This document shows positions 56,851 through 64,000 of a DNA stretch of 64,000 bases, piece after piece. The notes beneath the pieces are model-generated. The model was not told where the DNA came from. It was given only the letters and a program-made list of their open reading frames with translations, and ran no database searches. Within the stretch, counting starts at the first letter, position 1. Each line of letters starts with the position of its first letter. Location of the stretch: positions 22,630,001 through 22,694,000 of the forward strand of contig OX597818.1 of NCBI GenBank assembly GCA_951406725.2. The letters run 5' to 3'. Made by a program: the position numbers and the translations under genes. The stretch comes from Octopus vulgaris. Taxonomy: Eukaryota.

Positions 56851-57163
56851 TAGTGGTTCTCAACCGGGGTCCATATGAGATTTTTGGGAGTTCACGCTAC
56901 AAAATAATAAGTTGGTGGCTCACAATAGTATTTTAAGGGTCCGTGAAAAAATTGCTTTAGATGTATGTATTGCAAGAAACAGCTCGGTTTCTTTCTCCAA
57001 CATTTTACATGGTTCAACATACACAAGTGAATGTCTGAAAAACAAAATTAGAATTTTGAAAGAAGTAAAATCTAATTTTTAAACACTGAATGACTATGGA
57101 GATCTACCGGAATAAAATAATAATCAAAGGGGTTCATGGATTAAAAATGGTTGAGAACCCTTG
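56851..57163. mobile_element. hAT-like MITE
   Basis: TIR tagtggttctcaacc / ggttgagaacccttg and 8-bp TSD atttatac/atctatac. Confidence 0.85.
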
Positions 57164-58473
57164 ATCTATACTGATGATACAAAAGTGTCCCAAGCAGTCA
57201 AGAATCCTGATGACACTCCAAAAATCACAAAGAAAATAGCCATTTATAGGTAGGATACTAAACTGTTGTAATATGTTCTTTCCATAATCTATATATTTAT
57301 GCACCTGTTGGTAAAACTAAAAGCGCTGTGTATCTTTTGGTGCTGACATGATACTATTCAAAATTTCCAAAACCACGATGTATGCAGATCTAATATAAGC
57401 TGGGGCTCATCACAACGCATAATATAATCTCTTCATAACTTCTTTATTACGAGATGTATTGTAGTTCCCATAGTTGGATGTTTGTTCTGGGCACCAATCA
57501 CCATAACGTTTAGTTAATCCCTAGGTAGTTTTGAGTTGGTTATACTGTGCAGAAATATTTGAGAGTTGTCACCCTAACAACCAAAGATCAAACTGATTCC
57601 AATTATCCCTACGCGTCGTCATTTAATTTTTGGTCAGCTGAACTTTCGTGAGTTCTCTCCCTTGTCGTCTTTGAAAGTAATTTACATCAACAGAAAGGAT
57701 TCTCCTTGCCATTACTGTAAAAATTTCAACTGATTTAAAATTATTTTCAGCTCACCATATTAAGGTCGTATGGTAGCATGTACTTTACACGCGCACACGT
57801 GTGAGTAGAGAGATTGAGAAAGATAGAGAGAGAGAAAAAGAGGAAGAGAGTGAGAGAGAGAGACTTGTAAGTATAAATATGAATATTATGCGCATTAATT
57901 TATATTTGCATAAAAATGACGTACAACTTCTATCTACGCCTGTCTATATTCTTTTTTTAACTACCAACCTACATACCTACCTACCTACCAACTTCCTGTC
58001 CAGCCAGCCAGCCGGCCAGCCAGGTGAGTGAACCGAGTAAAAAGCAACGAGAGGAAGATGTATATAGAAAGGGCAGACCAATAAAAGGTGTATCATAGAG
58101 GGTCAGAGGGCATTTCATGGTAGTGATGCTGGTGATGGTGATGATGCTGTGATTGTATTGTAGTGAGGTTGTGGTTAAGCAGTGATGGTTGATGATGCTG
58201 TGATGTACTGGAAGATGATGGCTATGATAGTGACTTTTGTGGGGAAAGTGGGAGGTGGTAATGTAGAAGTGGTGGTTGTGGTGGTGGTGAGAGGTGACAA
58301 TGTGGTGTTGTGTTGAGAGGAGCGGTGTATAGTGGTAACAGTATTTGTTTATGGTGGTGTTGGTATTGGGTGGCGCTAGATGGCAGTGCGGTCATGTATT
58401 GGAGGAGGAGGGGTTCTTTGTGGTGACATTTTTTTCATGGTGGAGTTGGTGTTGATGGTGCTGAAACTGTATG

Positions 58474-59121
58474 GGAAAGACTTCCGTCTGTCCCCCCAAT
58501 TTCTCCCAAATTTGTTTATTTTTGTAATTACTTTTGCCAAAAAACCTCGTTTTCGGATACGGAAGTTCCGGAAAATTGCCAAAAATCGGCATTGCGAAAT
58601 TTTCCCCCCTTCCCCCCAAAGTCTTCAATTTTGACTTTTTTCCCCAACACTAACCTTAAAACCCCAACCTTAACCCTAAAACCCTAACCCTAACCCTAAA
58701 ACCCTAAAACTCTAATCCTAAAACCCTAACCCTCACACTAAAACCCTAACCCTAACACTAAAACCCTAACCCTAACTGTAAGTACAGAAATAGTTTGAAA
58801 TTTTTGTCCGAATCAATGATATCCATATTTTTCCGCATATTTAAAAAAAAAAATCCTTTAAAAAAATTTTACAAAGAGTTTTAGAAATTTCTTTCAGAAT
58901 CATAATCTCCGTATTTTTCCGCATATTTTGTAAAACAAAAATTGTGAAAAAAGTTTAAAATGAAGGAAATGGGGGGGTGGGGGTGTATTTAGAAATGTCG
59001 ACTTTTGCTAATTTTTTTTTTTGCAGATTCGTATTCCCTGTAGCTGAGAAGTGGGGTTTGTGTCGAAAAAAAATTTTTTCTTCACGGGTTGTTTTTTGGT
59101 GGGGACGGCGGAAGTCTTGCC
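58474..59121. mobile_element. GG-terminated MITE with 8-bp TSD and telomere-like array
   Basis: TIR ggaaagacttccgtctgtcccc / ggggacggcggaagtcttgcc. TSD actgtatg/actgtata. (aaccct)-like repeats at 58651-58777. Confidence 0.75.
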
Positions 59122-59151
59122 ACTGTATATTGAAGTTGTAGTGTGGCGGTG

Positions 59152-59208
<57 letters not shown>

Positions 59209-59475
59209 ATGACGGTATCGATGATCCCTTCCGTCATCTCCATACTATTACCGGAAGCTAGAATTCCTCTTTCTTCCATTTCTATCGGCACTTCCATTAC
59301 CAGCTGGAAGCGTAACTGCCCTCCCCTGAGACCAAATGGTGGCGGCTGCAACGTTTGAGGTGTTATTATTGTTGTTGTTGGTGGTGGGGTTGGTGGTGGC
59401 GGTGGTGGCAGTGGGAAACGGGTAGCGGATTAAAAAACAAAAAAGACTTAACCTCCACATCCCTTGTGAGTGTAC

Positions 59476-59540
<65 letters not shown>

Positions 59541-60303
59541 AGGTGTGTTTAGGGTCTGGGGTGGCTGGGTGAGGGTCAGGTTAGAAAGTGTATTTGATGG
59601 CTGACTGTGTGGGGGATGAAAGTGTGTAGAAAAAGGCGGCTAAGAAAAAGGCAAGGGAATTTATTAAAATTGCAGTGGGAGGAAAGGAAAGGGATTTAAA
59701 TGAATCAATGTGTGTATAATGTGGGGGGTGGGGGTGAAGTGAGGGGTTGTTGGTGTGACCGCGCTAATATGTTTCCATCCATCAAAGGTACCAACTTGGA
59801 CCCAAATGTTCACGCTGACTGCTCTCCCCTTTTTTTTTTCTGTGTACTCTTTTTTAATAATCTGTCCCTTGATGTCGCTTGCTTGTCGACGTTTCCTCCT
59901 CCGCCTCCTTCTTCTCCTCACCTCCTCCATTCTTCTTCTTCTTCTTCTTCTTCTTCTTCTTCTTCTTCTTCTTCTTCTTCTTCTTCTTCTTCTTCTTCTT
60001 CTTGCCGCCCCACCGCCGCCATTTCGCCAGAGCAAACTCTGCACTTACTTTAAACTTACACGTCATAGTTATTATACAAAAAAAAAGGGTTATCATCGTA
60101 GTCATCGTGATCGTCGTCGCTGTTGCCATCATCAACTCTGCCATCGTCGTAGTCATGGTTTTCGTTCTCGTAGTAGTCAAGTGGTCATTGTCATTTCCGT
60201 CATCATCATCGTTGTTCACACCACCAGAAGAAACACCACCACCACCACCAACAACAACAACACCACCACCTATTGTATAGTTAATATTATATTAATCATT
60301 GTA

Positions 60304-60475
60304 GGGCGGCGAGCTGAGAAAATCGTTTGACAAGATTCTTAGCGACATTTCGTCCGTCTTTTCGTTCAGACTTTAAATACCACCAAGGTCGACTTAGCGT
60401 TTCATTCTTTCGCAGTCGATAAAATAATATCAATTGATTTCTCTTTCCCTGAGAAAATGCTGGCAGAATTTGAAA
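60304..60475 (+). mobile_element. SINE S2, diverged
   Basis: ggcggcgagctg..aaggtcgactt..tcgataaaat. Confidence 0.65.
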
Positions 60476-60576
60476 CTAATATTATATATCATTATAATAA
60501 TTGTATCGCTATTACTACTAAGTAATTATTACTATACACACACACACATACATACATACATACATACATACATACA

Positions 60577-60640
<64 letters not shown>

Positions 60641-60700
60641 CGAAAAGATCTCAGAATTTTAATTGATTTGCTTTTCGCAGGAAGGAAGTTTCTTCGAAGA

Positions 60701-60764
60701 TACGTCTCGCTTTTATCCTTCGAAACGTAGAGTAGATGAAACCTTAGCGACTGAAGGAGGGGAT
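60701..60764 (+). ncRNA. Non-circularly permuted hammerhead motif (A9 mutated to G)
   Basis: tacGUC tcgct tttat ccttc GAAAC gta -16 nt- agcga CUGAAGg agggga. Confidence 0.65.
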
Positions 60765-61567
60765 TTTTCGTTGTGCTTATTGTCCTGTATCCCTTTTTTT
60801 TTGCTTGTCCTGTTCCTTGGTTTGTGTCTATGTTTTTCGTCTCTCTATGTGTTCGACGTCTTTTTGGTGTCCTGTACACATATATGCGTGTATATGTACA
60901 TGTAGAGGTAGGTACGTACATATATGTTTATATATATGCATATGTTCTTTTTATTAACATATTATACGACTAAACGCACGCACCCTATTAAGTAAGATTG
61001 TTCTGTTTATCAAGTTAGCCTTGATATTAACTCTCACGCGACTCGGCATCTTTCTTTCTTTCTATCCCATTCCCTTTTTCGTCTTTTTTTCCCTCACTTA
61101 ACTTGTCTCTTCCTCTCTCTCTCATTCTTCATTCTCTCTCTCCCCCTCACCATTCTTCATGGTCTCCTCGCACCATTCCCCTTCTTCTCTCTCTTCCTCT
61201 TGCTCCTCCTCCCCCATTCCCGTCGTCCATCTGCGACGATACTTCCGTCGTAACTGCTATCCTGTCTTTTCTCGCCCGCCTTCTAAGGCTACTGGTCGAC
61301 ATTCCTTCTCTCTCGTCGTCCACTATAATCCAGCGTTTGCAATACTTTTTTCGTCTGGCGTAAACAGCCCTTCTTATCTTGTTCTCCTTGTCCTGTCTCT
61401 CACTGTTATATATTTATTTTTCCACTGTTTATATATATTTTTTTACTGTTTATATGTTTGTACTGTCGTTACCGTCTTGCTTTTTTTTACCATTTTTTAC
61501 CCCTCTGCGAAAAGATCTCAGAATTTTAATTGATTTGCTTTTCGCAGGAAGGAAGTTTCTTCGAAGA

Positions 61568-61631
61568 TATGTCTTGCTTTTATCCTTCGAAACGTAGAGT
61601 AGATGAAACCTTAGCGACTGAAGAAGGGGAT
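61568..61631 (+). ncRNA. Non-circularly permuted hammerhead motif, intact core
   Basis: tatGUC ttgct tttat ccttc GAAAC gta -16 nt- agcga CUGAAGA agggga. Both stem changes relative to the first copy give G-U pairs. Confidence 0.7.
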
Positions 61632-61823
61632 TTTTCGTTGTGCTTATTGTCCTGTATCCCTTTTTTTTTTGCTTGTCCTGTTCCTTGGTTTGTGTCTATG
61701 TTTTTCGTCTCTCTATGTGTTCGACGTCTTTTGGTGTCCTGTACACATATATGCGTGTATATGTACATGTAGAGGTAGGTACGTACATATATGTTTATAT
61801 ATATGCATATGTTCTATTTTATT

Positions 61824-61863
<40 letters not shown>

Positions 61864-62052
61864 CATACATGCATACATATATATAATTTATCTTTTACAT
61901 CTTTCAGTCATTAAACTGCGTTCATACTGGGGCTCCGACTTGAGGATATATATATATATATATATGTAAAAAGTAAAAAATATATACAAACTGGGACAAG
62001 AACGTGAAACACCTAGGAGACGACACAAGAACCACAGGACGGGACATTCGAA

Positions 62053-62114
62053 GCCCTCAGTCATCAGTCAAGAACCAGATCATCTTCGCAATTTCGGCTG
62101 ATTAATCTTGAGAT
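62053..62114 (-). ncRNA. Non-circularly permuted hammerhead motif in family B element (61985-62114)
   Basis: Minus strand: AUC tcaaga ttaat cagcc GAAAU tgc -14 nt- tcttga CUGAUGA ctgag ggc. The element ends at the cleavage triplet. Confidence 0.65.
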
Positions 62115-62444
62115 ATAGATATATATACACAGAGAGAGAGATGCGTAAATGTCGAACCATGAAAGTGAGTGCTCAACACTGCATTGGTGGATATCATTTC
62201 TTTACTTGTGAATTAAGGCTACGATTGGTTTCATGTTGCGCAAAGAAGGAAAATATCTTAGTTTCTTAATTTTTCAAGCCGATCAAGGATATATATTTTA
62301 ACCTCGTTCTGGTCTGACGACCCTCCATGTTTGTTTTCCTTCGGTTTCCTCGTATGTCTCCACTCCTGTTTTTGTTCCTAACTTTGATCCTCCATAAATT
62401 CCAAATTTTATTTTGGTACTTATGGGAGCAACTGTCTTCGAAGA

Positions 62445-62497
62445 TTCATATTGTCGTTCAATGCTCGAAATGAGGAGTAGATAGACAACCGACAACT
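62445..62497 (+). ncRNA. Permuted hammerhead remnant, CUGANGA deleted (family A element 62300-62612)
   Basis: ttcAUA ttgtcg ttcaatgctc GAAAU gag -15 nt- cgacaa CU, then the core is lost. Confidence 0.5.
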
Positions 62498-62620
62498 TCT
62501 GTTCCTTATGTGACTTGTCCTGTTTTCTATTTGTTTCTCTCGGTGTTTGCGTATTGAACTCATTTGTTTTCGTATTTCATAATGTTTAATGTTGGTAACG
62601 TCCTGTACCCATATATGCAC

Positions 62621-62677
<57 letters not shown>

Positions 62678-62685
62678 TATATATA

Positions 62686-63104
62686 GGATCCTTTCGGTTT
62701 GAACGGCAGTTTTTAACATAATTTCTAGGTAACTAAAAAATTTTAAACTTCGTATACTGGTAGAATGTGTTTATAATAATAATAATAATATTAGGGAGTA
62801 AATCCAAACTTACAGGGAAAAATTAGATTTAGGTATCTTTTTTTTCATCACAAATGTAAATAAACCCAATCTGTTTCTTAAACGAGGGACATGTTCATAC
62901 GGCACAGAATGTTTTTTACCTCGTCAGTGATTGGTTGAAATTGAAGAAAAAGTAACAACAAATATCTTACAAATTATAGAATTTTCTCAATAAAGCCAAG
63001 AGAAAAAGATGTATTATAAACACATTCTACCAGTATACGAAGTTTAAAATTTTTTAGTTACCTAGAAATTATGTTAAAAACTGCCGTTCAAACCGAAAGG
63101 ATCC
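62686..63104. mobile_element. Merlin-like MITE (family of 18879-19381), rearranged as two left ends
   Basis: TIR ggatcctttcggtttgaacggcagttttt with ~90-bp arms. An internal piece matches 48555-48625. Confidence 0.8.
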
Positions 63105-63157
63105 TATATATATGCATATATATATATTATATTATATATATATTCATGTTTTACGCG

Positions 63158-63287
<130 letters not shown>

Positions 63288-63933
63288 TACATTTTTACTG
63301 TCTCTGTCACTCTCTCACTATCTGTATACATGCGCATATGTGCCCATGTATTATATACGTACTTGCGAATATGTATATAGATATACATTTGTGTGGTGTG
63401 TATATACATGTAAACGTAAACACGTGCATAAGTCCAGGTACTTTGTATCTGTTACATCAGAGTTTCTTCCGTACAACAGCTGTCAAACAATAAGAGCCAA
63501 AACAACAAGAACAACAGAAGCAGTAACAACAACAACAACATTAAATTAAACAAACAACAGAAAATAAATAATCACTGGGTTTGTTAGGTCTGAAAATTTT
63601 CACAATTACTTGAAAACTTCAGCAGCCTTCCGTTGTCATTCACAGCTATTTGTTAATACTGTCCAGACATGTGTTTTATTTTCTTTTATTTGCAAATGCT
63701 AAAATATGCACAACATTAGTTTGGCGGCAGGAAGCGGGTGGTGGGGTGGCTAGGTGTGGGAAAAAGTAAGGTTTCATGCGACTACGTTGAAATATTAAAA
63801 GTTCACAGTAAACTAAAAAAAAAAAGAGAATAAGTTTATTGGTTTTTACATCGTTATCTGTGTGAAACGGTTAGGTAAGGGAGAGGCTTAATGTAACCGC
63901 GAGAAAGAAAAATATTCAATTACATATATACAT

Positions 63934-64000
63934 AGGCGCGGGAGTGGCTGTGTGGTAAGTAGCTTGCTAACCAACCCCATGGTTCCGGGTTCAGTCCCAC
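63934..64000 (+). mobile_element. SINE family S1 head (runs off the window)
   Basis: ggcgcgggagtggctgtgtggtaagtagcttgct..gggttcagtcccac. Confidence 0.85.

Larger units (their letters stand above)
60641..61829 (+). mobile_element. Partial-tandem, non-coding retrozyme/Penelope-like unit with ~320-bp direct repeats
   Basis: 60641-60961 is repeated at 61508-61829. Each repeat holds a permuted hammerhead. Flanked by (TATG)n and (TA)n. Confidence 0.8.

Noticed and set aside
57170-57560. CR1-like RT traces (YTDDTKV)
   Set aside because: Too short and decayed to support a feature.
58651-58777. True telomere or chromosome-fusion site
   Set aside because: Short, degenerate and enclosed by TIRs and a TSD.

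Overview
AT-rich, microsatellite-saturated eukaryotic non-coding DNA. The SINE repertoire and repeat landscape look like an octopus/cephalopod genome (inference from memory, not a search). I found no host protein-coding exon. Most ORF-track entries are microsatellite artefacts; the recognisable ones are decayed transposon fragments. The window holds tRNA-derived SINE families, decayed Penelope-like, R4/Dong-like, Tx1/L1-like and RTE retroelements, mariner/Tc1 remnants, pogo, hAT and Merlin-like MITEs (three with telomere-like TTAGGG arrays), a non-autonomous Helitron and a U6 fragment. The main signal is RNA-level. Short Penelope-like termini next to (TA)n/(TATG)n tracts carry hammerhead ribozyme motifs. 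Four are canonical type I. Nine, some truncated or mutated, have the three core strands in a non-circularly permuted order (NUH strand, GAAA strand, CUGANGA strand), with compensatory covariation in stems I and III. Two of these flank an 867-nt retrozyme-like unit. Coordinates were counted by hand, and ends of decayed repeats are approximate.
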